Shown here one piece after another: positions 36,589-47,414 of a stretch of DNA of 58,654 nt (position 1 is its first letter; every line of letters starts with the position of its first letter). Both the position numbers and the translations under genes were made by a program. The stretch is from a virus (taxonomy: Duplodnaviria; Caudoviricetes), in IMG/VR virus record IMGVR_UViG_3300043775_001123, positions 1-58,654 of that record. One strand, 5' to 3'. The notes under the pieces are model-generated. The model had not been told where the DNA came from, did not search any database, and was given only the letters and a program-made list of their open reading frames with translations.

Positions 36589-36813
36589 ATGAGTTTAGTT
36601 AGAAAAATAACAATTAGGATAGATAAAGATAGTGTTATGCACTACCAAGTAGGGAGCAAGGTTTTTTCAGGCTCTAAGGTGGTATCTGATATTATCAAGG
36701 AAGGAAAGTTCTTTGACATCTATGTAAGAGAAGCAGATAGTGAAGTAAAGATGATATGGAAATCTTTTAATTTAGATTCCGTTATACACATTGAATACGA
36801 AACTGATTTGTAA
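36589..36813 (+). CDS. Conserved hypothetical protein
   Basis: RKITI...MHYQVG...WKSFN...IEY. Confidence 0.6.
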   Translation: MSLVRKITIRIDKDSVMHYQVGSKVFSGSKVVSDIIKEGKFFDIYVREADSEVKMIWKSFNLDSVIHIEYETDL

Positions 36814-36815
36814 TT

Positions 36816-37358
36816 ATGAAGAGTCCGCATTATTTCATTGTAAAACCTCTAAATTCACAGAGGTATTCAAACTTGTCTGAAAGTGGTTTGTTATTAAACA
36901 TATCATTTGAGGACCACAACTTTACACAAAGAATTGCAGAAGTTGTATCTGTACCAATAGGATATGAAGGGGATGTTGAAGCAGGTGACTTAATTGTAGT
37001 TCATCATAATACATTTAGAGTTCAATACAATAATCAAGGAATACCATTAGAAAGTAAATACCATATTGAAGACGATTTATTCTATGTAGAATTACCATTA
37101 GCTTATATGGTTATTAAGGGTAATAAAAAAATAGCTTTACCTCCTTATTGTTTTGTAGAACAAACATATATTGAAGATAAATGGGAAGGACTTATTCAAG
37201 AAGAGCAATATGGTATATTGAAGTACAAGAATAAAGAAATGACTAATTTTAATCAAGGGGATAAAGTTGGAATGATGAAGGATTCAGAATATGAATTCGA
37301 TGTGTTTGGAGAGAAGTTATATATGATGAATCAAAATAGATTATTACTTACAATATGA
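36816..37358 (+). CDS. Tandem GroES-like fold protein
   Basis: FIVKP...GLLL...AEVVSVP...VEAGDLIVV and a second unit FVEQ...GDKVG...EKLYMM. Confidence 0.5.
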   Translation: MKSPHYFIVKPLNSQRYSNLSESGLLLNISFEDHNFTQRIAEVVSVPIGYEGDVEAGDLIVVHHNTFRVQYNNQGIPLESKYHIEDDLFYVELPLAYMVIKGNKKIALPPYCFVEQTYIEDKWEGLIQEEQYGILKYKNKEMTNFNQGDKVGMMKDSEYEFDVFGEKLYMMNQNRLLLTI

Positions 37359-39985
37359 AGGGATTAAGTAAAGATATTGAAATAGCTGTTGATACTGTAA
37401 TTGAAGGATTAGAGTATGAAACCGATATGTCTTTAGTTGATGCTGACAAAGTAAAGACCATTGTAAAAGCAAAGGTCGATTCATTTAAGTATGGTAAAGA
37501 TTTACTTGTAAGATGGCAGAATAGTAATAACGCTCCAAATGATGCTACTTTAAAGAAGTATGTAAAAAGACTAATAAAAGCTGGAGATATTGCTTTAGAA
37601 GTACTTAGAAATGCTTTAAGGAGTAAGATTGATTATAATGAATTAGATCCATCTAAACACCATTTAGCTATTTCCGTTAAACCATCTATTCACCAGGCTA
37701 TTGTAGAGATAGATTCTGCATTAATGGAATTACGTTTACAATTAGACGCTGATAATATTAATCTAAAGGATAATGAATTTAAAAGAGGGTATCCTGAAAA
37801 GTTTGCTTCTGGAGAATTTTTACCTACAAAAGATTATTATAAAGAATGGTATGACAAAAAAAATGACGCTGTAATTATATGCCCTAAGGGAACTAAAGGT
37901 GAATTAATTAAAGTTGGAGAATTAAATGTTATACTACCTGAAATACCAGCAAAGAAAGATATACTTTTTTCTAAACTAAAGAAAGAGGACCAATATTGGA
38001 GAAGACTTGATGTACCTACTGGATTATCTCAAGATACTGTTGAATCATACGCTGAATATATAATAGAGGAATTTAGAAGACGTAGAGAAGGTATTTGGTT
38101 TATGAATAATGGTAAAGCTCAATATTTAACAGGAACTCATTACTTTGCCTTACAATGGGTAAAGATGGAAGACTCAGGTGGATATATGGACTTTAGATTT
38201 GCTCAAAGAGATATGTTTTACTTTACACAAGCGTGTATTGTAGATGATAGATGTCTTGGAGAGTTATTTGTAAAGTCAAGACGTACAGGTTACACTTATC
38301 AAATACTTTGTCAATTACTTAATGACGCAACCTCTGTATCAAATGCAAGACTTGGTATAACATCTAAATCTAATGATGATGCTGAAAAGGCATTCTCTAA
38401 ATTAAGTTATGGTTTTTTAAATTTACCTTTCTTCTTTAAACCTATTGTAAAGGGCGTAGAAGATTCAAAGAAAAAATTAGACTTTGCCAAGCCTTCAGAT
38501 AGGAGTAAGATTGGAAAGAAAAAGAACGATACAAATACAGACGATTACTTAAATACATTAATTGACTTTTTACCAACAAAAAATGATTCTTATGATGGTC
38601 AGAAGATGTTTAGATATTTAGCTGACGAGGCTTCTAAATGGACCAAACCAGCAAATTTTGAAAAACACTGGGGTCAAGTATCACCGACTTTTGATACAGG
38701 AGGTAGAATTGTAGGTAAAGCATTTGTAGGTTCAACCGTAGCCGCTATGAAAGATGGTGGTGAAGAATACTACGAATTGTATAAGTCTTCAATGATTAAG
38801 AAGAGAAATAAGATTACAGGAAGAACACCATCAGGATTATACACTTACTTTTTGCCAGCCCATAAGAATATGGAGGAATTTACAGATAAGTATGGTGTTT
38901 GCCACGAGGTTATAGAAAAAGGTAGTGGATTTGAGAATGTTCAAGGTAATTGGAAGACAATAGGTTCAATTCAATTCTTAGAGGCTAAGAGAATCAGTAA
39001 GAAGAAGGAAAGCGACATTTCTTATAATGAAGAATTAAGAGCATTCCCAATGACAATTGATGAAGCATTTAGAGATGAGTTATCTCAGTCTACATTTAAT
39101 ATTGAGAAGATATTATCGCAAGTTAAGATTAATGACGAACACGAAATAGAAAACACATTAGTTAGAGGTAATTTCCAATGGAAAGATGGGGTACAAGATA
39201 CAGAAGTAGAATGGCATCCTAATGAAAAAGGCAGATTCTTGATTTCCTGGATACCTCCATACGAAATGCGTAACAAATTTGAATGGAAGAATTTATACGG
39301 AATGCAAACAAGATTTCCTTCGAATGAAGATATTGGTGCTTTTGGTTGTGACCCTTATGATATATCAGCTACGGTAGAAGGAGTTAGAAAAGATGGTTCT
39401 TATAATGAGAATACAGATAGAGCATCTAAAGGTGCTTTACACGGTTTAACATCGTTTTCATTTTCTAATGCGCCAAACCATAGTTTCTTTTTAGAGTATG
39501 TATCAAGACCAAGAACAGCAGAGATATTCTTTGAAGATGTATTAATGGCTTGTGTTTTTTATGGTATGCCTATATTAGCAGAGAATAATAAACCACGTTT
39601 ACTATATCACTTTAAAAATAGAGGTTATAGAGGATATTCTATATCTCGTTTTGATAAACCTGAAAATAGATTATCTCCGACAGAGAAAGAATTAGGTGGT
39701 ATGCCTAACTCCTCTCAAGATGTTATAAATATGCACGCTACTGCAATAGAATCTTACATAGAGAAATACGTTGGATCGTATGATGATGATGGAGAAATAC
39801 CAAAGAATATGCCTTTCAATGCTACGTTAAAAGATTGGATGAAATTTGAAATAAATAATAGAACAAAATATGATGCATCTGTTAGTTCTGGATTAGCTAT
39901 TATGGCTGTAAACAGAAAGATGTATATGCCAAAACAAAGAGAATTAAAGGATATCACTATAAATTTAAGATTATACAATAACTAA
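37355..39985 (+). CDS. terL: Terminase large subunit with helical N-terminal extension
   Basis: Walker A KSRRTGYT, Walker B YLADEASK, GST motif III, nuclease GCDPYD, ENN and YDA. Confidence 0.85.
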   Translation: MKGLSKDIEIAVDTVIEGLEYETDMSLVDADKVKTIVKAKVDSFKYGKDLLVRWQNSNNAPNDATLKKYVKRLIKAGDIALEVLRNALRSKIDYNELDPSKHHLAISVKPSIHQAIVEIDSALMELRLQLDADNINLKDNEFKRGYPEKFASGEFLPTKDYYKEWYDKKNDAVIICPKGTKGELIKVGELNVILPEIPAKKDILFSKLKKEDQYWRRLDVPTGLSQDTVESYAEYIIEEFRRRREGIWFMNNGKAQYLTGTHYFALQWVKMEDSGGYMDFRFAQRDMFYFTQACIVDDRCLGELFVKSRRTGYTYQILCQLLNDATSVSNARLGITSKSNDDAEKAFSKLSYGFLNLPFFFKPIVKGVEDSKKKLDFAKPSDRSKIGKKKNDTNTDDYLNTLIDFLPTKNDSYDGQKMFRYLADEASKWTKPANFEKHWGQVSPTFDTGGRIVGKAFVGSTVAAMKDGGEEYYELYKSSMIKKRNKITGRTPSGLYTYFLPAHKNMEEFTDKYGVCHEVIEKGSGFENVQGNWKTIGSIQFLEAKRISKKKESDISYNEELRAFPMTIDEAFRDELSQSTFNIEKILSQVKINDEHEIENTLVRGNFQWKDGVQDTEVEWHPNEKGRFLISWIPPYEMRNKFEWKNLYGMQTRFPSNEDIGAFGCDPYDISATVEGVRKDGSYNENTDRASKGALHGLTSFSFSNAPNHSFFLEYVSRPRTAEIFFEDVLMACVFYGMPILAENNKPRLLYHFKNRGYRGYSISRFDKPENRLSPTEKELGGMPNSSQDVINMHATAIESYIEKYVGSYDDDGEIPKNMPFNATLKDWMKFEINNRTKYDASVSSGLAIMAVNRKMYMPKQRELKDITINLRLYNN

Positions 39986-39987
39986 TT

Positions 39988-42429
39988 ATGATAAAAAAGA
40001 AAACAGAAGGCGTTTCAATTACTTATAGAAGTTTTCCAGACCAAAATGTACCATTTGAGGTTCAATCGAGTACAGATTATGGTTTGCAAGTAGCTGAGTC
40101 GATACAGTACGAGTGGTTTTCAAGAAGCGCAAGAAGTTGCAAATACTTCGAACAAAGAGATGACTTTCATAATAGACGTATGTATGCTAATGGTATGCAA
40201 AGTTTATCAAAGTACAAGGAGAAGTTCGCTGTTAATGGTAATATGTCTTACTTAAATTTAGATTGGAAAGTTGTTCCTGTAATACCAAAATATGTAGATA
40301 TTTTATCTAACGGTATGGCACAGAGAGAGTTCCAAGTTAAGGCTACTGCTGTAGATCCTACATCTATCAAGCAAAGAGCTGAAAAGAAAAGAGGTTTAGA
40401 GAGAGATATGGTTGGTAAAGATATGGCTATTGATATCAAAAATAAATTAGGCATTGATGTAACATCTGTTCCGATTGATAAGATACCTGGCTCAAAAGAA
40501 GAGTTAGATATTCAAATGGAATTAGAATACAAACCACCTATTGAAATGGCAGAAGAAGTTGCTATTGAATCAATCTTTAAATTTAATGATTACGACAAAA
40601 CAATTAGACGAAGAGTCGAAAAAGATATTATAGAGGTTGGAGTTGGTTTTGCAAAACATAGATTCACGCCTTCAGATGGTGTTAAGTTGGAGTATGTAAA
40701 CCCTGCTAATCTAATTTGGTCTTATACAGAAGACCCTTACTTTCAAGATTGTTTTTATTTTGGAGAGTATAAAAATGTTAATTTATCTGAGGTATATAAA
40801 GAATACCCAAATCTTTCAGCAGAACAAAAAGAGAGATTACAAGGTATTTCATCTTCTTGGAACAATTACTATGAATTAAACTACGATAGTCAAAATACAG
40901 ATGTATTAGATGGTAAAATAGGTTTACTTTACTTTAATTATAAAACATCAAGAGAGAAAGTTTGGAAAAAGAAAAAGAACTCTAAAGGTGGTTTAAAAGT
41001 AATACCAAAAGGAAATGACTTTATTTACAAAGGTACAGGTGATGCTGACTTTGAAAAATTAACTAAAGTAGAAGAAGTTTGGTTTGAAGGAGTATTAGTT
41101 TTAGGAACAAGTATCTTATTGCAATGGAATGTAGTTAAAAATATGGTTAAGGAGAACTCAAACCTTAATAAAGTATTACCTAACTATATTGGTGTTGCTC
41201 CAAAGATGTATAAAGGATTCATTGACTCTACAGTTAATAGAATGATACCTTTTGCTGATGATATTCAGATGTCTTGGTTAAAACTACAACAAATTAAACA
41301 AAGAGTTGTTCCTGATGGTCAATACATTGATATTGATGGATTAGTTGGAATAAAACTTGGAAGTGGAAATAAATACACCGTTGAAGACGCACTTAATATG
41401 TACTTCCAAACAGGTTCTGTAATCGGTAGAAGTCAAAATGTGGGTGGTGAATTTAATAGCGCTAAAGTACCAATTCAAGAAATTAGACACTCTTCTGGTC
41501 AAGATAAGATTAGTTCACTATGGAATAGTATTCAGATTTCTATGGATATGATTGCATCTGTAACAGGAATTAATCAAGCAATTGATGGCAGTAACCCTGA
41601 TAAAAATAGTTTAGTTGGTATTCAAAAGATGGCAGCTTATTCATCTAATGTAGCTACAAGACATATTCTTGAAGGCAGTATGTTTGTTACTAGAGAGTTA
41701 GCTAAATGTATAGCTATTAGAGTATCAGATATATTACAATTCTCTGAGTTAAAGAATGACTTAATCAATAAAATATCTGCAAATAATGTAGATGTATTAA
41801 AGACCATAGATAAATCTTACTTACACGACTTCGCAATTAATATTGATTTAGTTCCAGATGATGAAGAAAGAGCTAAATTAGAGGCAGACATATCAATAGA
41901 AATACAACAAGGTAATCTTGGTGTTGAAGATAAGTATGCTATATTAGGTATTAAGAATATGAAGTTGGCAGGTAAATACCTTGCAGTTAGAAAAGACAAG
42001 AAGATGAAAGAAAGACAAGAGGCTGAAATGCAAAAAATGCAAGCTCAAACTCAATCTAATGTTCAGTCATCTCAAGCAGCTTCAGAAAGTAAAGCACAGT
42101 TAATTCAGTTAGAAGGTCAATCTAAAGCAATGGTAGAACAAACAAGAGTTCAAGCTGAGATGGAGAAAATGCAAATGGAGGCTCAATTAAAACTACAACT
42201 AATGGAAAGAGAGTTCCAATACCAAATGCAATTAAAAGGTATAGAGGTTGAAGGTATGAAGAGCAAAGAAACTATGAAGGAAGATAGAAAAGACGAGAGA
42301 ACAAAGCTACAAGCCACACAACAATCCAAGATGATTGAGCAACGTAAAAAAGATATGTCATCTATAAACTTCGAGTCCTCAGAAGATAGTTTGGATGCGT
42401 TTTCATTAGGGTCTTTTGAACCTCGTTAA
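39988..42429 (+). CDS. Portal protein
   Basis: Position after terL; LDWKVVPVIPKYVD; Q/E/M-rich C-terminal coiled-coil barrel. Confidence 0.8.
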   Translation: MIKKKTEGVSITYRSFPDQNVPFEVQSSTDYGLQVAESIQYEWFSRSARSCKYFEQRDDFHNRRMYANGMQSLSKYKEKFAVNGNMSYLNLDWKVVPVIPKYVDILSNGMAQREFQVKATAVDPTSIKQRAEKKRGLERDMVGKDMAIDIKNKLGIDVTSVPIDKIPGSKEELDIQMELEYKPPIEMAEEVAIESIFKFNDYDKTIRRRVEKDIIEVGVGFAKHRFTPSDGVKLEYVNPANLIWSYTEDPYFQDCFYFGEYKNVNLSEVYKEYPNLSAEQKERLQGISSSWNNYYELNYDSQNTDVLDGKIGLLYFNYKTSREKVWKKKKNSKGGLKVIPKGNDFIYKGTGDADFEKLTKVEEVWFEGVLVLGTSILLQWNVVKNMVKENSNLNKVLPNYIGVAPKMYKGFIDSTVNRMIPFADDIQMSWLKLQQIKQRVVPDGQYIDIDGLVGIKLGSGNKYTVEDALNMYFQTGSVIGRSQNVGGEFNSAKVPIQEIRHSSGQDKISSLWNSIQISMDMIASVTGINQAIDGSNPDKNSLVGIQKMAAYSSNVATRHILEGSMFVTRELAKCIAIRVSDILQFSELKNDLINKISANNVDVLKTIDKSYLHDFAINIDLVPDDEERAKLEADISIEIQQGNLGVEDKYAILGIKNMKLAGKYLAVRKDKKMKERQEAEMQKMQAQTQSNVQSSQAASESKAQLIQLEGQSKAMVEQTRVQAEMEKMQMEAQLKLQLMEREFQYQMQLKGIEVEGMKSKETMKEDRKDERTKLQATQQSKMIEQRKKDMSSINFESSEDSLDAFSLGSFEPR

Positions 42430-42448
42430 AAAGTGTCTTAATATTTCG

Positions 42449-42456
42449 TAATTTTG
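42449..42456 (+). promoter_or_regulatory. Bacteroidota -7 element (TAATTTTG) for scaffold-capsid
   Basis: TAnnTTTG-CA. Confidence 0.5.
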
Positions 42457-42485
42457 CAAAAAATTTTAATCTAATCTAAATTAAT

Positions 42486-43514
42486 ATGAAGTTGAAACTA
42501 GAAGGCTCTGAATGGAGTCAAGTAGAAGATAATAATAATGGTGTTCAAAATAATGATGTGATCATTGACAATGAACAAAATTCAGAAGTGAACACACAAG
42601 ATGTAACGGACCAAATTACTGATTCAGTTACAACAACAGAGGATAACGTTCTTAAATTTAATAATGAAGATGAAGTTTTAGAGTTTATCAAATCTAAAGA
42701 AGACTTATATTCTAAAGTAGCTGTAAAGTCTGAGGAAAAGGAATTGCCTTCAGATATCAAGAAGTATTTAGAGTTTAAGGAACAGACTGGTAGAGGCTAT
42801 GAGGATTTCGTTAATTATCAAAGAGATTATTCAGAGGTTGATAAAGATGCACTTGTAAAGATGTATATTAAAGAAAACAACCCTGAGTTTGATGAATTAG
42901 ATGTTAATGAAGAATTTGCCGAAGCATTCTCTTATGATGAGGATTATGATGACGAAAGAACTATCAATAAAAAAACTCGTGCCTTAAAGAAACTTCATAA
43001 AGAAGCTTTAGATTACTTTGAAGGACAAAAGGAAAAATGGAGTGTTCCGTTAGAGGTTACTAACAACACTGTTATTCCAGACGACTACAAAGCAGCTAAG
43101 GAAACTTTAGAAGCATTAAAGACACAAGAAGAGGTTTCAAAAAAACAGGGTGACTATTTCTTACAAAAGACTGATGAGTTATTTTCTAATGAATTTAAAG
43201 GTTTTGAGTTCAAAGTTGGAAATGAGGTAATCGTTCAAAGACCAAGTAGTGTAGATTCTGTTAAGGAAAGCCAAAAAAATGTTATGAACTTCTTTAGTAA
43301 GTTCTTAGATGAGAATGGTTTGATTAAAGATGCTGAAGGATATCACAAAGCTCTTTATGTAGCAATGAATTATGAATCTGTTTTAAAGAATGTATATGAA
43401 ACAGCTCAAGCAAAAGCTATAGAGGGAGAAGTTAGAAATAGCAAGAATATAGATATGTCTATCAGAACAGCACCTCAAACTATTTCAACAGGTACAAAGT
43501 TCAAGTTAGTATAA
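42486..43514 (+). CDS. Capsid scaffolding protein
   Basis: Acidic and helical, between portal and capsid. Confidence 0.65.
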   Translation: MKLKLEGSEWSQVEDNNNGVQNNDVIIDNEQNSEVNTQDVTDQITDSVTTTEDNVLKFNNEDEVLEFIKSKEDLYSKVAVKSEEKELPSDIKKYLEFKEQTGRGYEDFVNYQRDYSEVDKDALVKMYIKENNPEFDELDVNEEFAEAFSYDEDYDDERTINKKTRALKKLHKEALDYFEGQKEKWSVPLEVTNNTVIPDDYKAAKETLEALKTQEEVSKKQGDYFLQKTDELFSNEFKGFEFKVGNEVIVQRPSSVDSVKESQKNVMNFFSKFLDENGLIKDAEGYHKALYVAMNYESVLKNVYETAQAKAIEGEVRNSKNIDMSIRTAPQTISTGTKFKLV

Positions 43515-43540
43515 AAATATAAAAATAAAAAAATTAAATT

Positions 43541-44887
43541 ATGGCATTAGAAGCTACACCAGGAGTAAAATTAACTCCTACTGCGACAAAAGAAATTTTG
43601 TCTACAAACTATTATGAAGCGGCTGACTTCGATTTCAGCACATCAATTTTACCTGAGTTATACGAAAAAGAATTTGCTCGTTACGGTAATCAATCTTTAA
43701 AAGGATTCTTAGAAAGAATGGGTCAAGAGATGCCAATTCAATCTGACTTAATTAAATGGTCTGAAGAAGGTCGTTTAAGACCAGTTGGTACAGGTATTTC
43801 TCGTTCTTCTAACGTGTTTACTTTAACTGCTCACCCTTTCCGTAAAAATGATACAGTTGTTATCGTTGGAACTACAGGTATTGAGAAAAAAGGTATTGTA
43901 TCTGCTGTTACAACTGATACATTCACAGTTCTTCCTACTGAAGCTGCTGGATGGCCATCATCTAACTTTGCTGCTGACCTTAAAGCATTTACTTACTCTA
44001 ATGAGTACAGAAAAGGAACTAATGGTAGAGAAGAGTCTTTAGAGGCGCAACCAGACATCTTTGAGAACAAACCAATCATCATCAAAGAATTAGATGAAGT
44101 TAATGGTTCTGATATGACTCAAGTTGGTTGGATTGAAGTAGAAGGAGAAAACGGAGCTGGTTACTTATGGTACTTAAAATCAAGAGCGCAATCTCGTATG
44201 AGATTTGATGATTACCTTGAAATGGGTATGATTGAGGGTGTTTCTTATGAAAGTGGTTCTGCTGCTGCTACTGCTGGATTTACAGGAACTGAAGGTTTCT
44301 TCGAATCTGTAGAGCAAGGAAATATCTTCTCTGGTGTTATTACTTCATTAGCTGACGTTGATGATATCTTAGCTCGTTTAAACAAGCAAGGTGCTATCTC
44401 TGAATACATTATGATGAATGACTTTGAGCAAGATAGAGCTTTAGATTACTTATTAGCTTCTCAAAACTCTTATGGTGTTGGTGGTACTTCTTATGGTGCT
44501 TTCAATAACAGCGAAGATATGGCTTTAAACTTAGGATTCACAGGATTCAAAGTAGCTGGTTTTGAAATCTATAAATCTCAATGGAAATACTTAGACGATC
44601 CAACTGCACGTGGTTTATTTGAAGGTAATCAAGCAATTAACGGAGTTATGTGTCCTTCAGGAACAAAAACTGTACGTGATGAAGTATTAGGAGCTAACGT
44701 TACTTTACCTTTCTTACACGTTAAATACCGTAAATCTGCTACAGAAGATAGACGTTACAAAGTTTGGCAAACAGGTTCAGCAGGTGGTGCAAACAACTCT
44801 GACTTAGATGCTAACCAATTACATATGTTGTCTGAAAGAGCATTATGTACTATGGGAAGAAACAATTTTGTCTTAATTCGTGGATAA
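43541..44887 (+). CDS. Major capsid protein
   Basis: 448 aa, high-expression codon bias (CGT, TTC, AAC), WSEEGRL, followed by a strong terminator. Confidence 0.8.
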   Translation: MALEATPGVKLTPTATKEILSTNYYEAADFDFSTSILPELYEKEFARYGNQSLKGFLERMGQEMPIQSDLIKWSEEGRLRPVGTGISRSSNVFTLTAHPFRKNDTVVIVGTTGIEKKGIVSAVTTDTFTVLPTEAAGWPSSNFAADLKAFTYSNEYRKGTNGREESLEAQPDIFENKPIIIKELDEVNGSDMTQVGWIEVEGENGAGYLWYLKSRAQSRMRFDDYLEMGMIEGVSYESGSAAATAGFTGTEGFFESVEQGNIFSGVITSLADVDDILARLNKQGAISEYIMMNDFEQDRALDYLLASQNSYGVGGTSYGAFNNSEDMALNLGFTGFKVAGFEIYKSQWKYLDDPTARGLFEGNQAINGVMCPSGTKTVRDEVLGANVTLPFLHVKYRKSATEDRRYKVWQTGSAGGANNSDLDANQLHMLSERALCTMGRNNFVLIRG

Positions 44888-44912
44888 AATTTTGTAAGAA
44901 ATTACATAATAT

Positions 44913-44940
44913 AAAGAGGGGTTAGTTCCCCTCTTTTTTT
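44913..44940 (+). terminator. Intrinsic terminator after capsid gene
   Basis: AAAGAGGGG-TTAGTT-CCCCTCTTT plus T run; promoter TACCTTTG at 44955-44962. Confidence 0.85.
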
Positions 44941-44989
44941 ATACCTTTATTTCGTACCTTTGCAAAAATAAAATTTAATTTAATTAATT

Positions 44990-45739
44990 ATGGCAAAAAC
45001 AACAAAAAGTGCTGAATTAGCACCAAAAGACAAGACTTACACCTTGTTAAGTACAAACACACCTATGCAATTCTTTTTAAGAAACAGGCATAAGAAACAA
45101 TCTCCATTACAATACTACGATGAGGAGAAAAAACAATTAAGGTCTTTATGTTATGCATCAAATCAAATATCAATCTTTGAAGATGAGCAAACAGGAGATG
45201 TAATGTTAGGTTCTATTGTGTTTGTGAATGGTAATTTAACTGTACCAAAAACAAATCCTCAATTACAACTATTCTTAGATACTACACCTGACAATGGTAT
45301 TGTATTTGAAGAATTTAAACCAGATGAAATTGCTGAAAGAGAAATTACAAGTATTGAACTTGAAATGGAAGCATTACAAATCGCTATGGAGTTAAAGGCT
45401 TCTGAAATGGAAAGTATTGCTTTAACGGTATTTGGATCTAGTGTACTAAAGAAAAAGACCGCAGAAGTGAAGAGAGATTTATTTGTTTACGCAAAAGAAA
45501 ATCCAGAGCATTTCTTGGCATTAGCTAAAGATGATATGACTAAGTTAAAAGGTTTAGCTGTTAGGGCAGAAACTTTAAATTTGTGTCAGTATAAATCTAA
45601 TGCTTTCTACAACAACGATACGTTATTATGTAAAGTTCCTTTTGATGAAACAGATAAGTATAACACCATTGCAAGTTGGATGAATTCAACAGATGAAGGT
45701 AAGGCTTTCTTAAAGTTTATTGAAACAAAGATTAAGTAA
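44990..45739 (+). CDS. Conserved hypothetical protein downstream of capsid
   Basis: Own promoter and terminator. Confidence 0.65.
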   Translation: MAKTTKSAELAPKDKTYTLLSTNTPMQFFLRNRHKKQSPLQYYDEEKKQLRSLCYASNQISIFEDEQTGDVMLGSIVFVNGNLTVPKTNPQLQLFLDTTPDNGIVFEEFKPDEIAEREITSIELEMEALQIAMELKASEMESIALTVFGSSVLKKKTAEVKRDLFVYAKENPEHFLALAKDDMTKLKGLAVRAETLNLCQYKSNAFYNNDTLLCKVPFDETDKYNTIASWMNSTDEGKAFLKFIETKIK

Positions 45740-45764
45740 TTTAGGTTTCTATATCTATGATTAC

Positions 45765-45795
45765 AAAGGAGTGGTTTAAGTATCACTCCTTTTTT
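45765..45795 (+). terminator. Intrinsic terminator
   Basis: AAAGGAGTGGT/ATCACTCCTTT plus T run; promoter TATCTTTG at 45801-45808. Confidence 0.8.
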
Positions 45796-45825
45796 ATTTG
45801 TATCTTTGCAAATAATTTTATAGAT

Positions 45826-46554
45826 ATGATAAACCAAGTTTATACTACAGTTTTAGCAATTATAAATAAAGATAATAGAGGTTATGTGTCTCCGTTAGAG
45901 TTTAATTTATATGCAGAACTTGCTCAAATGTCCTTGTTTGAGGAATTATTCCATAAGTACGCTAAATCAATTGTAAAGCAGAATGCAAGAATGTATCATT
46001 CTGAGTATTCAGATATACCAAAACACATAAGAGAAGTAATAGATATATTTGTAAGTGAAGCTGATTTATCATTGGTATTAAATAGCGGAAATATATATGA
46101 ATATGTTGTGTCTGATTTTTATAGAGGTATAAAAATAGATAGATTATCATCTGGTTCTGATTCGTTTTCTGGTAGAAAAGAAGTTGAAGAAGTTAGTAAA
46201 TTAGAGATTACAAAATTACTTAACAATAATTTGATAGCACCTACAAGTGAATACCCAATCTACATAGGTATTAATGGTAAATATAGAATATTTCCAATAG
46301 ATTCTATATCAAAAGTAATAGGTACTTATATAAGAAAACCTAAACAACCTAAATGGACTTATCAAGTGGTTGGAGGAAATCCTTTATTTAATCCTACAGC
46401 TACAGATTACCAAGACTTTGAACTTCCTGAGTCTATGTTTAATGATTTAGTTGTAAAGATTTTAGGATATGCAGGTGTAGAGATAAGAGAGGCTGATATA
46501 ATCCAAGTATCACAAGGAATGGAAGTTAACAACAATAACCAAGAACAATTATAA
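45826..46554 (+). CDS. Head-tail adaptor/ring protein 1
   Basis: Start moved to MINQVY after the promoter; NKDNRGY..P.EFN, YIRKP..PKW, FELP. Confidence 0.6.
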   Translation: MINQVYTTVLAIINKDNRGYVSPLEFNLYAELAQMSLFEELFHKYAKSIVKQNARMYHSEYSDIPKHIREVIDIFVSEADLSLVLNSGNIYEYVVSDFYRGIKIDRLSSGSDSFSGRKEVEEVSKLEITKLLNNNLIAPTSEYPIYIGINGKYRIFPIDSISKVIGTYIRKPKQPKWTYQVVGGNPLFNPTATDYQDFELPESMFNDLVVKILGYAGVEIREADIIQVSQGMEVNNNNQEQL

Positions 46555-47414
46555 TGGCACATCAAATTTTACCACCTATAAATTATTATCAAAACGAAGA
46601 GAATTGGGGAAGTTATCAATATGTAACTTTATCTCAGTTAGTAGATAATTTTATGTTAAACTACATTGGAGATGATAACTTGTTATCTAATGTAAAGAGA
46701 TACAATGTATTAGCCCAATTTAAGAGAGGTATTCAAGAATTTAACTACGATACATTAAAAGAGATTAAGGTTACAGAGCTTGAAGCTAATGATAATTTAA
46801 CTGTTATATTACCTCACGACTATGTTTCTTATGTTAGAATATCTATTGTTGGTCAAGATGGTTTACTAAGACCATTATCACAAAACTCTTATACAACTCT
46901 AGGAGCTGCTTATTTGCAAGACAATCAATTCAATATTTTATTTGATGAAGATGGATATCCTTTGGAAGCAGAGGAAACTGAAATGACTAAGAGGTATAAA
47001 ATTGGTAGTCCGTATTCTGAAGGAGATTGTGAGTTACCATTTGATAATTCACCTGCTTATGGTTTAAAACCAGATATTAATGCTAATGGCTATTTCAATA
47101 TAGACAAGAGAAGAGGTATATTATCATTCTCTTCAAATGTAAGGGGTAATCTAATCGTTATGGAGTATGTATCTGATGGTTTAGAATACAACAATGGAGA
47201 AGAGGTAATGGTTCATAAATTAGCAGAAGATGCTTTATATAGCTATGTTAAATACCAATTATTAAATAATAAATATGGTATTCAAGAATACATTATAAAT
47301 AGAGCTAAGAAAGATTACTACAGAGATTTACAAAACACCAATATAAGAATGCTTGATTTAAGAGGTGATGAACTTCTTATTATGTTAAATGGCAGAAAAA
47401 AATGGCTTAAATAA
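46554..47414 (+). CDS. Tail ring/tubular protein 2
   Basis: LPHDYVSYVRIS, EYVSDG; TAATG-coupled. Confidence 0.6.
   Translation: MAHQILPPINYYQNEENWGSYQYVTLSQLVDNFMLNYIGDDNLLSNVKRYNVLAQFKRGIQEFNYDTLKEIKVTELEANDNLTVILPHDYVSYVRISIVGQDGLLRPLSQNSYTTLGAAYLQDNQFNILFDEDGYPLEAEETEMTKRYKIGSPYSEGDCELPFDNSPAYGLKPDINANGYFNIDKRRGILSFSSNVRGNLIVMEYVSDGLEYNNGEEVMVHKLAEDALYSYVKYQLLNNKYGIQEYIINRAKKDYYRDLQNTNIRMLDLRGDELLIMLNGRKKWLK

Noticed and set aside
45757-45825. N-terminal extension of the ring protein given in the track
   Set aside because: Overlaps a terminator and promoter; ATG 45826 is the better start
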